NCBI GenBank assembly: GCA_965203175.1
Contig: OZ241867.1
Location: 4,000,001 to 4,064,000 of the forward strand
DNA: 64,000 bases
Direction: 5' to 3'
From: Candidatus Latescibacterota bacterium
GTDB lineage: Bacteria > Latescibacterota > UBA2968 > UBA8231
The translations under genes and the position numbers were made by a program. The notes under the pieces were generated by a model, which ran no database searches, was not told the origin of the DNA, and saw only the letters and a program-made list of their open reading frames with translations. Of the stretch, positions 27,375-36,940 are shown piece by piece. The first letter of the stretch is position 1. Each line of letters begins with the position of its first letter.

Positions 27375-29204
27375 ATGCAACCAACAATGACCCGCTTGTC
27401 CCGTACCCGCTACGCCTTTGACGGTCCTCTTGCGGCCTACCTACGCGCCGTCACCGAACAGTGGTTGCTCATAGCTCCTGCGGCCAATCCGGCGATCTTG
27501 GACATGTTTGCCGACCGCGACCGCAAGCCCTACCGCGACCAAGTTCCTTGGGCCGGGGAATTTGCTGGCAAATACCTGACGAGTGCAGTGCAAATCCTGC
27601 GGCTGACCGGCGACCCGGCGCTGAAAAGACATCTCAAAACCTTCGTCGCTCGGCTCATCGCCCACCAAGACGCAGACGGCTATCTCGGCCCTTGGCCGCA
27701 CCGCCACCGCCTGACTGGATACGCGCCTAACGTCATGAACAAGCGCGGTTCTACTTGGGATGCTTGGGGGCATTATCACGCCATGCTGGGCTTGTTGCTC
27801 TGGCACGAGGAAAGCCGCGACGCACAGGTATTGCGCTGCGTCGAGTCCATGGCCGAGCTGTTCTGCCGGAAGTTTATGGGCAAGCCGCGCCGCCGGTTGG
27901 TCGATACCGGCAGCACGGAGATGAACATGGCCCCGGTCCACGTCCTGTGCATCCTCCACGGCCAGACCGGCAAAGAGCACTATTTAGATCTGGCCTTGCA
28001 ATGGGTCGATGAGTTCGCTGCGCTGGACGCGGACGAGCAGCCGCTGGCGGGCGACTACCTCAACCAAGCCTTAGCCGGCCAGCCGTTCTTCGCAACGCCC
28101 AAGCCGCGCTGGGAAAGCCTCCATCCGATCATGGCCTTGGCCGAGTTGTACTGGATCACTGGCGAGGAACGCTACCGCCAGGCTTTCGAGCAGATCTGGT
28201 GGAGCATTGTCGAACTCGACCGGCATAACAACGGCGGCTTTTCCTCGGGCGAGGCCGCTCAAGGCAATCCCTATCACCAAGGCGCTATCGAGACCTGTTG
28301 CACCATCGCTTGGGTGGCCGCGAGCGTGGAGATGCTCAAGCTAACCGGCAGTTCGATCGCAGCCGACGAGATCGAACTATCGACGCTCAACTCCATTCTC
28401 GGCCTGCATTCGGCGAGCGGCCGTTGGGTTACGTACAACACGCCCATGGACGGGGTGCGCAAAGCGAGTGCCCACGACATCGTCTTCCAGGCGCGCGAAG
28501 GCAGCCCGGAGCTGAATTGTTGCAGCGTCAACGGGCCGCGCGGGTTGGGCATGGTCTCGGACTGGGCACTGATGCGCGACGCAGAGGGACTGGTGCTCAA
28601 TTGGTATGGTCCGAGCCGGATGCAGGTAGGGTTGCGGCGCGGCTTGACCGTGGCGCTAACTCAGGAGACGGAGTATCCCCGCCGCGGGCGCGTAGGCATC
28701 CGCGTTGACCCCTCCCAAGCGGCGGAATTTGCGCTCAAATTGCGGGTGCCGTACTGGTCGCAGCGGACTAAGGTATGGGTAAATGGCGCGGTCGTCAGAA
28801 AAGTACGCGCTGGGGCATATCTGACGCTGGCTAGATGCTGGCAGCCCGGCGATACTATTGACATCGAACTGGACATGTCCATGCACTACTGGCAGGGCGA
28901 AAAGGAGTGCGGCGATACGGTCTCGATTTTTAGGGGACCAGTGCTTTTGACCTACGACCGTCGGTTCAATGCCGTGGATCCGGACGAGGTGCCAGCACTC
29001 GACGCGGTGGGCCTGCGGGGGAATTTGGTGAAGGCCGAGGCTGTGGTGGCGCTGGATTTTACTGCTGTGGATGGTAGCAAGCTGCGCCTGTGCGACTTTG
29101 CCAGTGCCGGGGAGGGCGGCTCGCCGTACCGCTCTTGGCTGAGCGTGGCCAACGCGCCCCAAACACCTTTTTCACGCGAGAACCCGCTCCGCAGCGGGCG
29201 GTAG
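27375..29204 (+). CDS. Glycoside hydrolase family 127/146-like (beta-L-arabinofuranosidase domain)
   Basis: 'GEFAGK', 'QDADGYLG', 'ETCC', 'NCCSVNG', 'QETEYP', 'LRVPYW', 'RGPVLL'. Confidence 0.85.
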   Translation: MQPTMTRLSRTRYAFDGPLAAYLRAVTEQWLLIAPAANPAILDMFADRDRKPYRDQVPWAGEFAGKYLTSAVQILRLTGDPALKRHLKTFVARLIAHQDADGYLGPWPHRHRLTGYAPNVMNKRGSTWDAWGHYHAMLGLLLWHEESRDAQVLRCVESMAELFCRKFMGKPRRRLVDTGSTEMNMAPVHVLCILHGQTGKEHYLDLALQWVDEFAALDADEQPLAGDYLNQALAGQPFFATPKPRWESLHPIMALAELYWITGEERYRQAFEQIWWSIVELDRHNNGGFSSGEAAQGNPYHQGAIETCCTIAWVAASVEMLKLTGSSIAADEIELSTLNSILGLHSASGRWVTYNTPMDGVRKASAHDIVFQAREGSPELNCCSVNGPRGLGMVSDWALMRDAEGLVLNWYGPSRMQVGLRRGLTVALTQETEYPRRGRVGIRVDPSQAAEFALKLRVPYWSQRTKVWVNGAVVRKVRAGAYLTLARCWQPGDTIDIELDMSMHYWQGEKECGDTVSIFRGPVLLTYDRRFNAVDPDEVPALDAVGLRGNLVKAEAVVALDFTAVDGSKLRLCDFASAGEGGSPYRSWLSVANAPQTPFSRENPLRSGR

Positions 29205-29218
29205 AAGGAGCCTGTGTC

Positions 29219-30550
29219 ATGCGAGAACACTCGGTGCGCCGCTCATTGCAAATCTACGAGCGCGCCAAAGCGCTCGTCCCCGGTACCACCCAACTCATCA
29301 GCCGCCGCCCGACCCGGGCCGCGCTCGGCGTCAGTCCCATCTACGCCGAACGCGCCAAAGGCTGCCGCATCTGGGATGTGGATGGCAACGAATACATCGA
29401 TTGGACCAGCGCCGTGGGGCCGGTGATCTTGGGCTATGCTGACGAGGTGGTCGACGCTGCAGTCCGCGCCCAAATCGACCGGGGGACGATCTACAGTATC
29501 GTCCAAGAGTCGGCCGTGGAGTTGGCCGAGGAGTTGGTGCGGATCGTACCCTCGGCGGAAATGGTGCGCTACTGCAAGGGGGGGGGCGAGGCCTGCACCA
29601 TTGCGGTGCGGATCGCGCGCGGGGTCACTGGCCGCGACAAGGTGCTGTTTTGCGGGTACCACGGCTGGCACGACTGGTACCAGGCCGCCAACATCGGGGC
29701 CGAGCGGCTAGCCACTCATCTCTTCAATGGCATTGAGCCGATTGGCGTGCCCCGCTGTTTGGAGGGCACGGCCCTGCCTTTTACCTATGGCGATGTCGAT
29801 GAACTCACCGCTCTGCTCGAAGCGCACGCTGGCGAGTTGGCCTGTATCATCATGGAGCCGATGCGTTCGGACGAGCCGCCGCCGGGCTACTTAGAAAAGG
29901 TGCGGGAGTTGGCGTCGCACTACGGAGTGGTGCTCATCTTCGACGAGGTGTCGTCGGGGTTTCGCGTAGCCTTGGGCAGTGCCCAGGAATACACGGGCGT
30001 GACGCCAGACATATCCGTTTTTGCCAAGGCCATCTCCAACGGCTATCCAATGGGTGCAGTGGTCGGCAAGCGGGAGTTTATGGCCCCAGCTCAGCAGATG
30101 TTTATCTCTAGCGCCTATTGGGACGACAACATCGGCGTGGCAGCCTCGCTGGCGACCTTGCGCGAGTTGGAGCGCCGCGCCGCCGTGGGTCACTTCCAGC
30201 GCATTGGCACCTTCTTTAAGGAGCAGATCGACGCGGCCGCGGCTGCCGTCGGACTCGACGCTAGCTGCGAAGGGGTAGCCGCGCATCCCCGCATCCGCTT
30301 GGGCGCGGAGGACGCTGCGACGACCGCCAAGGTCCACACACTGTTCATCCAGGAAAACGCCCGCCGCGGCGTGATCTTGGCGACTGGGTTCATGTTCAAT
30401 TGCGCCCACGGCGAGGCCGAGGTCGAACAGACCGCAGCCGTGGTGCGGGAGAGTTTTGCCGTTATTGCCGAGGGGCTAGAGCGCGGGACCTTAGACGAAC
30501 TACTCGAAGTACCGCCCCAAGAGGATCTTTTCCGGCGGCTAGTGCGCTAA
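29219..30550 (+). CDS. Class III aminotransferase (GSA aminomutase-like)
   Basis: 'WDVDGNEYID', 'GYHGWHDW', 'LIFDEVSSGFR', 'FAKAISNG'. Confidence 0.9.
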   Translation: MREHSVRRSLQIYERAKALVPGTTQLISRRPTRAALGVSPIYAERAKGCRIWDVDGNEYIDWTSAVGPVILGYADEVVDAAVRAQIDRGTIYSIVQESAVELAEELVRIVPSAEMVRYCKGGGEACTIAVRIARGVTGRDKVLFCGYHGWHDWYQAANIGAERLATHLFNGIEPIGVPRCLEGTALPFTYGDVDELTALLEAHAGELACIIMEPMRSDEPPPGYLEKVRELASHYGVVLIFDEVSSGFRVALGSAQEYTGVTPDISVFAKAISNGYPMGAVVGKREFMAPAQQMFISSAYWDDNIGVAASLATLRELERRAAVGHFQRIGTFFKEQIDAAAAAVGLDASCEGVAAHPRIRLGAEDAATTAKVHTLFIQENARRGVILATGFMFNCAHGEAEVEQTAAVVRESFAVIAEGLERGTLDELLEVPPQEDLFRRLVR

Positions 30551-31585
30551 AGTCTGGGGAGTAAGCTCGGCAAAGACGGCGATTAAGCGAGGGAAGAAGG
30601 CGGCGAAGGTCGGATAGCGGTCGCGCTGGGATTCGTATTCTTCGAGGCGGCGTGCGATGGCGTGGATATAGCGGAAGCCGCGCCCGGATTCTTCGCGCAG
30701 TGCCCGGCGACCTGCTTCTGCGCCGAGGTGGTGGTGGGCAAGGCGCGCGGTGATGGCGCGGATGAGGTGTTCATTGGCGCAGTCGAACCAGTGCGTGTAG
30801 CCGATGGTGGCCATCTGTTCGGCCAGCGGGGCGAATAGGTCGGCGTGGGGCCTCAGCATTGGATAATACTCCTGGCTGAGGGGATTGACGAAGGCGTGGC
30901 TGAACTCGTGCCATATAATCTGCAAAAGTTGATCGCGGGGGCCGTATTCGGGTAGGCCGCGTGTAGCGTCTGTGGGGCCGAGCAGCGTATAGACATCGTA
31001 CGGCCCCCCGTGGCGGCCGATGTGCGGGCCAAATCCCCCGTGGTGCAAGAGCGGGCTGAGGATGAGGTGGTAGCTGATTTGACGGGTGCCAAAATAGTCC
31101 TCGACTTCGCCGGTGGGATCGGCACCGGCCAGTTCTTCGCGAAGGCGTGTCTCGAGGAGTTGATAGAGCTTTTGGCTGCGGGCAAAGAAGTGGTTGAATT
31201 GGGTCTGGCGCGCAAAGTTGCGCAAGGCGTGGATGAAGCGCGTAAAGTTTTCCTCGCCGCGAAAGGCGCGATAGATATGGGGGGGAATGGGTTGGGTTGG
31301 TTCTAGTACGGGTGGATCGGATAGGTAGAGCATGGCGGTTGGGTAGGCATCAGACCACCCGGTGTCCAAGCTCAGGCTGCGAAAAAGGGCGACGGCCTGC
31401 TGGGGCGGATAGCGCGAGAAGTGGGTGACGAGATCCTCCGCGTAATCCACTCGATAGGGCGTCAGATAGCGATACTGGCTGAGGAGTTGGACTGCAATGA
31501 GCAGTTCGATGCGCGGGTCCGCGCCGATGTGCAGGCGTTGCTCGGCGCGGACGCCGGAAGCTAGCAGTGCAAGGGCAACGCACAC
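30539..31585 (-). CDS. Secreted DUF4932-like putative zinc metallopeptidase
   Basis: 'DPRIELL', 'HEFSH' HExxH motif, 'NEHLIRA'; start position uncertain. Confidence 0.7.
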   Translation of the reverse strand: MCVALALLASGVRAEQRLHIGADPRIELLIAVQLLSQYRYLTPYRVDYAEDLVTHFSRYPPQQAVALFRSLSLDTGWSDAYPTAMLYLSDPPVLEPTQPIPPHIYRAFRGEENFTRFIHALRNFARQTQFNHFFARSQKLYQLLETRLREELAGADPTGEVEDYFGTRQISYHLILSPLLHHGGFGPHIGRHGGPYDVYTLLGPTDATRGLPEYGPRDQLLQIIWHEFSHAFVNPLSQEYYPMLRPHADLFAPLAEQMATIGYTHWFDCANEHLIRAITARLAHHHLGAEAGRRALREESGRGFRYIHAIARRLEEYESQRDRYPTFAAFFPRLIAVFAELTPQTLAH

Positions 31586-31589
31586 ACGA

Positions 31590-31620
31590 TAAAAGCCGAC
31601 TCGCAACGAGTCGGCTTTTA
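31590..31620 (-). terminator. Rho-independent terminator after the HU/IHF gene
   Basis: TAAAAGCCGACTCG-caa-CGAGTCGGCTTTTA perfect inverted repeat. Confidence 0.8.
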
Positions 31621-31647
31621 GTTTTTCGGGACGAATTTCCAACGATA

Positions 31648-31989
31648 TTAGGAAGACCAAGAGCCGCCGGTGTCTGGCGCGGCTTGGTCGGCGGCGGAGC
31701 GGGTGTCGTGCAGGGCTTCTTTGAGTTGTTTGCCCGGCTTGAAGTGCGTCTTGCGGCGGGCGGGCACGTACACGACCTCGCCAGTGCGCGGGTTGCGCGC
31801 CGCGGGCTTGGGCTTAGTGTCTTTGACTTCGAGGACGCCGAAGCCTCTGATTTCAATGCGATTGCCCTCGATAAGCGTTTCGCGCATGGCCTCGAAGAGA
31901 CTATCGACCATTTGCAAAGTCAGGTTGTTTTTGCAGCCGAGCGTGTCGGCTACCGACCGCGCTAGGTCTTTCTTGGTTATCGTGGCCAC
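31648..31989 (-). CDS. HU/IHF family DNA-binding protein
   Basis: 'ITKKDLA', 'IEIRGFG', 'ARNPRTGE', 'FKPGKQLK'. Confidence 0.95.
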   Translation of the reverse strand: MATITKKDLARSVADTLGCKNNLTLQMVDSLFEAMRETLIEGNRIEIRGFGVLEVKDTKPKPAARNPRTGEVVYVPARRKTHFKPGKQLKEALHDTRSAADQAAPDTGGSWSS

Positions 31990-32046
31990 TAAAACCTCGC
32001 TAGATGAGGAGTTAAACCTGCGCTGATTTTGTTCATAAGTGCTTGT

Positions 32047-32074
32047 ATTATACGAAATTCTGAAACTTAATCAA
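32047..32074 (-). promoter_or_regulatory. Putative sigma-70 promoter of the HU/IHF gene
   Basis: Minus strand TTGATT-16 bp-TATAAT. Confidence 0.55.
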
Positions 32075-32101
32075 GAGAAAAGTAACAGAGACATAAGCGC
32101 G

Positions 32102-33109
32102 TCACGGGGCCTGTAATTGAGGGGCGGAAAGGGTTTTCAAAAAGGCCACGAGGGCGCGTTTGTCGGCTGGGTCGAGGTCGAGGTTGGGCCGGACGAGCAA
32201 CAGTGGGTCGGTGAGGATCGTGCGGTGAAATCCAGAGTCGTAGTGCTCGACGACTTCCTCTAAGGTCTGAAAGCGACCGTCGTGCATGTAAGGCGCGGTA
32301 TATTCTACATTGCGCAGGGTCGGCGTCTTGAATTTACCGCGGTCGAGGCGTTTGCCGGTGAGCGCGGCCAGCCCCTCATCCGGGGGATCTAGGTCCAGCC
32401 CATTGTTGTGGAACTCGTTGTCGGTGAAAAGCGGTGCGACGTGGCAGTGGAAGCAGTCGCCCTCTTCGTTGTGAAAGAGGATGAAACCCCGTTCCTCTTC
32501 TGGGGTAAACTCCGCTTGGCCGGCCAGCCAGCGGTCGTATTTGCTGTCCGCCGAAATGAGGGTGCGCTCGAATTGGGCGATGGCTTGGACGACGCGTCGC
32601 TGGTCGATGGGAGCGTCGCCAAAGGCGCGGGCGAAGAGCGTGGGATATTCGGCGTGGCGCTCCAGTTTGGCTATCACGCGGTCCCAATCTTCGCCCATTT
32701 CCGTGGGGCTCTGCACGGGTTCAATGGCTTGGTCTTCGAGGCTGGCTGCGCGCCCGTCCCAGAAAAAGGACCGACTCCAGAGCAAGTTAAAAAGCGGCAT
32801 GGAGTGGCGGCTGGTGACGCCGCCGACGCCTTGGCTAAAGGGCCGAGGATCGGAGAAGGCGTGGTCGGGTAGGTGGCACGAGGCGCAGGCTATGGTGCTA
32901 TCGATGGAGAGGATGGGGTCGGCAAAGAGCCGTTCTCCGAGGGCGATGCCCTCGACGGTCAAGGGATTGTCCGGCGGGATTGCCGGCGCGGGAAATCCCG
33001 CCGGCACGGCTAGTTTGTAGGGGGTTGGGGCAGGCGGAGGGGTAGGGGGTACACCCGCGTCTTTGCCGCAGGCGACTAGCCCTAGCAGGATTAGTGCCCC
33101 AAGCCCCAT
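32102..33109 (-). CDS. mbnH: Di-heme cytochrome c peroxidase / MauG-like lipoprotein (MbnH-like)
   Basis: Two CxxCH motifs (CASCH, CFHCH), 'FFWDGRA', 'FKTPTLRN', 'PYMHDGRF'; lipobox LVAC; directly downstream of an MbnP-like gene. Confidence 0.8.
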   Translation of the reverse strand: MGLGALILLGLVACGKDAGVPPTPPPAPTPYKLAVPAGFPAPAIPPDNPLTVEGIALGERLFADPILSIDSTIACASCHLPDHAFSDPRPFSQGVGGVTSRHSMPLFNLLWSRSFFWDGRAASLEDQAIEPVQSPTEMGEDWDRVIAKLERHAEYPTLFARAFGDAPIDQRRVVQAIAQFERTLISADSKYDRWLAGQAEFTPEEERGFILFHNEEGDCFHCHVAPLFTDNEFHNNGLDLDPPDEGLAALTGKRLDRGKFKTPTLRNVEYTAPYMHDGRFQTLEEVVEHYDSGFHRTILTDPLLLVRPNLDLDPADKRALVAFLKTLSAPQLQAP

Positions 33110-33113
33110 GGAG

Positions 33114-33914
33114 TTATCCCCCAACGTGTTCGTCGTGATCTTGCGCTGCACGGTCTTGTTCGACTTCCTCTTCCCCATGGACTTGGCCGACGTGGTCGGG
33201 GTTTCCGATGGGCCCTAGAGAAAAGACCGTAGCGCCGTTGCTTTGTAAGGTCAATTGCGCGTCGGCGTTGCTCATAATTCCGCCGCGGCCGTTAAAGTCG
33301 TACAGGGATGGCGCGTCGTACCACTCGTTGAGATCCATCACCACGGCGATTGCCCACTCGTCTCCGCTTACTGTTAGGGAAAGCGGCAGGGAGACGTCAA
33401 GCGAAAAGTCTTCCCCTCCCGCCGGTCCGGTGTGCGTGAGAAAGGCTCCTTCGCCGTCGTTGGTGCGGAAGAGGCCCTCCATGCGCATGTAGTGGTAGCC
33501 GCCGCCCATGGGAGTAGGCCAAGCCATGTTGTTGAAGTGATCGACGCTCGGCAGCGCGCCGGTCTCGTTTTTAGCGCCGTCGATGCCAAAGGTAAAGTGC
33601 AGAACCGTGTATCCGCCACCGGGCACCTTGGCCGAAACGCTGCGGGTCGCATTGACAAAGGCGTTGCGATAGTGGAATTCGGCCAGTTCGACGCGCTTGC
33701 CCCCGGCTGTCTCCAAGGCTATATCGGAGACGATGTACTCCAGGCGAGTGACGCCGTATTCGTTACCCGCGGCGTTGGTATAGAGAATATCTTCGTGCTT
33801 GAGGTCAGCACCGGCGACGGTGTGGTTGAAGTGGACGGTCACCTCGCCTTGGTCGTCGTCAGAGTCGCCGCAGGCTAGCAGAAAGCAACAAGCGACTAAT
33901 ATGAGATATTTCAT
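33114..33914 (-). CDS. mbnP: MbnP-like putative copper-binding lipoprotein
   Basis: Lipobox LLAC; 'YTNAAGN.Y.VTRLEYIVSDI', 'FTFGID', 'MAW....GGYHYMRMEG'; paired with the di-heme enzyme. Confidence 0.7.
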   Translation of the reverse strand: MKYLILVACCFLLACGDSDDDQGEVTVHFNHTVAGADLKHEDILYTNAAGNEYGVTRLEYIVSDIALETAGGKRVELAEFHYRNAFVNATRSVSAKVPGGGYTVLHFTFGIDGAKNETGALPSVDHFNNMAWPTPMGGGYHYMRMEGLFRTNDGEGAFLTHTGPAGGEDFSLDVSLPLSLTVSGDEWAIAVVMDLNEWYDAPSLYDFNGRGGIMSNADAQLTLQSNGATVFSLGPIGNPDHVGQVHGEEEVEQDRAAQDHDEHVGG

Positions 33915-33993
33915 GGGATATTCCTTTTGCTGAGAACGAGAACCATTACTCCGCTTGTTCGTCTGTTTTTAACACGGTACATTACCAAATAGG

Positions 33994-35484
33994 ATGCGCC
34001 AATTTGTCGAATCTGTCCAAATGACCAAGGGCAAGCCCACCTCCGGCGAGCGTCCGCGGACGCGGATCGGCCATAAGCTGATCCTGAGCTTCGTGCTGCT
34101 GGTCATGGTCGTCGTGGGGCTATCCGGCTGGGTGCTCTTCGAACTGACGGACCGCAGCTTGGAGCGGCAGATGCGCAACCATCTCGTATCGATTGCCACG
34201 CTGGTGAGCACGAACCTGTCCGGCAACGTGCTGAGCTACCTGCGCCCCGGACGCGAGCACTCCGATCTCTACCGGAGATTAATGAGTAAATTGCAGCGCG
34301 CCGAACAAGGGGTTGGTGCCCGGCACATCTTCGTTTTTGACCGCGAGTACCGATCGCTGCTCGACACGGATGGCCTGATGCCCATTGGCCGCGAGTACCC
34401 CAAACTGCTCTTCGACAGCCGGGAGCTGGAGCGAGTTTGGAAGGGCCATACTGCGCATTCGGTGCTTTTTTACGACGACGATGTCCCGTACATGACAGGC
34501 TACGCCCCGATCTTTCACGACGGAGAGGTTGTCGCGGCCGTTGGGGTCGAAATCGGGGCCGGGTTTGTGGATTCCATCCGCGTCTTTGGGCGGTCGGTGC
34601 TGATCTTTGCCGTGTTGGGTGCGTTGCTTACTGTTGGGATGGCGTGGGGGTTGGCGCGGACGCTAACGCGGCCCATCCAGAAGCTGGTCGAGGCCGCGCG
34701 CGAAATCGGCCGGGGCAACATGGACCAAGAGGTGGCCACCGCGTCCGACGACGAAATCGGCTATTTGGGCGAGACCATGGAGGAGATGCGTCGCAAGCTG
34801 GTAGCCCGCGACGCCCAACTGCGCCTCATGCTGGGCGGCGTTGCCCACGAGATCCGCAACCCTCTGGGCAGCATTGATCTATACGCTGGCCTGATCGCCG
34901 GCGATTTGCCGGCCAGCGACGAGCGCAAGCAACACATCGAGAAGGTCATCGAGGAAGTGCGCCGGCTCAATGGCGTAATTTCCGAGTTTATCGAATTCGC
35001 CCGGCCAGCGCCGGCGCAGCCGCAACCGACCGCACTAGCACCGCTGGTGGCCGACGCGGCCTTCCTGCTGACCCCGGAAATGCAGGCGGCGGGCATCCGC
35101 TACGAGGAACACGTCGCGCCCGACTTAATGTGCTACATTGACGCTGAGCAGATGGGGCGGGCGCTGGTCAATCTGATGAAGAACGCCGTCCAGGCCATGC
35201 GCGATGGTGGGCATTTGACGGTCCGGGCCACGGTCGAGGGCGAGGGGGTCGTCGTCGAGGTGGGTGACGATGGTCCGGGTATGTCGGAAGAGGTGCAGGC
35301 GCGCCTTTTTGAGCCTTTCTTTACGACCAAAGAGAAGGGATCGGGTTTGGGGATGGCGCTGGTGGCACGGGCGGTTGAGAAAAACCGCGGCTGGATCGAG
35401 ATAGACAGTCGGCAAGGTGTAGGCACGGTGTGCCGCATGCGCCTGCCGCAGTCCGAAGATAGGGTATCATGGGCAGGATTCTGA
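33994..35484 (+). CDS. HAMP-domain sensor histidine kinase
   Basis: Two TM helices, HAMP, 'AHEIRNPL', 'NLMKNA', 'DDGPG', 'FEPFFTTK', 'GSGLG'; start may be 34021. Confidence 0.95.
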   Translation: MRQFVESVQMTKGKPTSGERPRTRIGHKLILSFVLLVMVVVGLSGWVLFELTDRSLERQMRNHLVSIATLVSTNLSGNVLSYLRPGREHSDLYRRLMSKLQRAEQGVGARHIFVFDREYRSLLDTDGLMPIGREYPKLLFDSRELERVWKGHTAHSVLFYDDDVPYMTGYAPIFHDGEVVAAVGVEIGAGFVDSIRVFGRSVLIFAVLGALLTVGMAWGLARTLTRPIQKLVEAAREIGRGNMDQEVATASDDEIGYLGETMEEMRRKLVARDAQLRLMLGGVAHEIRNPLGSIDLYAGLIAGDLPASDERKQHIEKVIEEVRRLNGVISEFIEFARPAPAQPQPTALAPLVADAAFLLTPEMQAAGIRYEEHVAPDLMCYIDAEQMGRALVNLMKNAVQAMRDGGHLTVRATVEGEGVVVEVGDDGPGMSEEVQARLFEPFFTTKEKGSGLGMALVARAVEKNRGWIEIDSRQGVGTVCRMRLPQSEDRVSWAGF

Positions 35485-36938
35485 TTATCGATGACAACCA
35501 AAGCCTTGGCGACGGGCTGGTGCTCAGCTTGAACAAAATGGGGCATCAAGCCGTTTCCGTAGGGAGCGGTCGCGAAGGTTTGGCGCGGATGAAGGACGAG
35601 CCTTTTGACTTGGTCATTACTGACTATCGCATGGAGGAGATGGACGGCTTGGCGGTGATGGAGGCGGTACAGCGCCAAGCACCAGATACCGATGTGATGA
35701 TGATGACGGCCTACGACACCCGGGAGTTGGCTGTAGAGGCGATGGAGCGGGGGGCGATCGACTTTATCGTCAAACCCTTCCTGCCCGATGAACTGTGGCT
35801 GAAGGTCAATAAGCGGCTTGACTATCGGACCAAGCTGCGGGAAGCCCAAACCAAATTGCGGGAAGCCCAAACCCTCCGCCGAGAAGCCGAGGCCAAGTTG
35901 CAGGACTGGGAGCACTTATTCGAGCAGAACCGCTACCTGCGTGAAGAGATCGACAGCCGTTACAACTTCGGCGAGATCGTCGGCCAGTCTCCGCAGATCA
36001 AGGCTGTGCGCGAGCGAGTGCATAAGGTGGCGTCGTCATCGTCGTCGGTGCTCATCTATGGGGAAAGCGGCACCGGCAAGGAGTTGGTCGCCCGCGCCAT
36101 CCACTACCAGAGCAGCCGCAGCAAAGGCCCGTTCGTCAAGGTCAACTGTGGTGCCTTGCCGACTGGGTTGGTTGAAAGCGAGTTGTTTGGGCACGAGCGA
36201 GGGGCTTTTACCAGCGCGGTGCGGAGCAAGAAGGGAAAGTTTGAATTGGCCGAGGGAGGGACGATTTTTTTAGACGAGATCGGCGATGTACCTTTGGAGA
36301 CCCAAGTTCGGCTGTTGCGGGTGTTGCAGGAAAAGCAGTTTGACCGCGTGGGGGGCGAGCAGACGCTCGACGTAGATGCGCGGGTGGTGGTGGCCACCAA
36401 CCGACCGCTCAAGCGCATGGTCGAAGAGGGCACCTTCCGCGAGGATCTCTTCTATCGGCTGGAGGTCATCCCTCTCACCTTGCCGCCGTTGCGGGAACGG
36501 CGAGAGGACATTGAGCTGTTGGTGAAACACTTTACGCAAAAAAAATGTGGGGAAATGAACATCCCGCCCAAGCGTCTAACTGAAGAAGCCCTAGCTGTCT
36601 TGAAAAGTTACCCTTGGCCGGGCAATGTGCGCGAGCTGGAAAACATTATCGAGCGCACGATGGTGTTAGTTGACGGCGAGGAAATCGGCTACCACGATTT
36701 GCCGCTGACCTTTGACGAGGAAATGGCTGACGAGGGGATGCCCAACGAGGGGATGCCCAACGAGGAGGCCTCCGACGACGGGAGCTTACTACTCAACGAA
36801 CGCCTCGACGCGGTGGAGCGCGACTTAATCGCTCGGGCGATGGAGGAAGCAGATCACGTCAAGACCAAGGCAGCTTCGCTTTTGGGGATTAAGACTAGTG
36901 CTCTGTACTACAAGCTCGACAAATACGGTCTAGATTAG
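35469..36938 (+). CDS. Sigma-54-dependent response regulator (REC-AAA+-Fis HTH)
   Basis: 'ILIIDD', 'TDYRM', 'GESGTGKE', 'GAFTSA', 'FLDEIG', 'WPGNVREL'. Confidence 0.95.
   Translation: MGRILIIDDNQSLGDGLVLSLNKMGHQAVSVGSGREGLARMKDEPFDLVITDYRMEEMDGLAVMEAVQRQAPDTDVMMMTAYDTRELAVEAMERGAIDFIVKPFLPDELWLKVNKRLDYRTKLREAQTKLREAQTLRREAEAKLQDWEHLFEQNRYLREEIDSRYNFGEIVGQSPQIKAVRERVHKVASSSSSVLIYGESGTGKELVARAIHYQSSRSKGPFVKVNCGALPTGLVESELFGHERGAFTSAVRSKKGKFELAEGGTIFLDEIGDVPLETQVRLLRVLQEKQFDRVGGEQTLDVDARVVVATNRPLKRMVEEGTFREDLFYRLEVIPLTLPPLRERREDIELLVKHFTQKKCGEMNIPPKRLTEEALAVLKSYPWPGNVRELENIIERTMVLVDGEEIGYHDLPLTFDEEMADEGMPNEGMPNEEASDDGSLLLNERLDAVERDLIARAMEEADHVKTKAASLLGIKTSALYYKLDKYGLD
35829..35870 (+). repeat. 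21-bp in-frame tandem repeat (TKLREAQ x2)
   Basis: ACCAAGCTGCGGGAAGCCCAA / ACCAAATTGCGGGAAGCCCAA. Confidence 0.85.
36730..36765 (+). repeat. 15-bp in-frame tandem repeat (EGMPN x2)
   Basis: ACGAGGGGATGCCCA x2 plus partial ACGAGG. Confidence 0.85.
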
Positions 36939-36940
36939 CG

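Noticed and set aside
29219-30550. Assignment as hemL
   Set aside because: GSA-aminomutase-like, but it lacks the HemL 'GGVNSPVRAF' N-terminal motif and any tetrapyrrole gene context.
33915-33993. Possible sigma-54 promoter for the mbnP/mbnH-like pair
   Set aside because: TTGGTAA is present on the minus strand but no correctly spaced -12 TTGC element follows.
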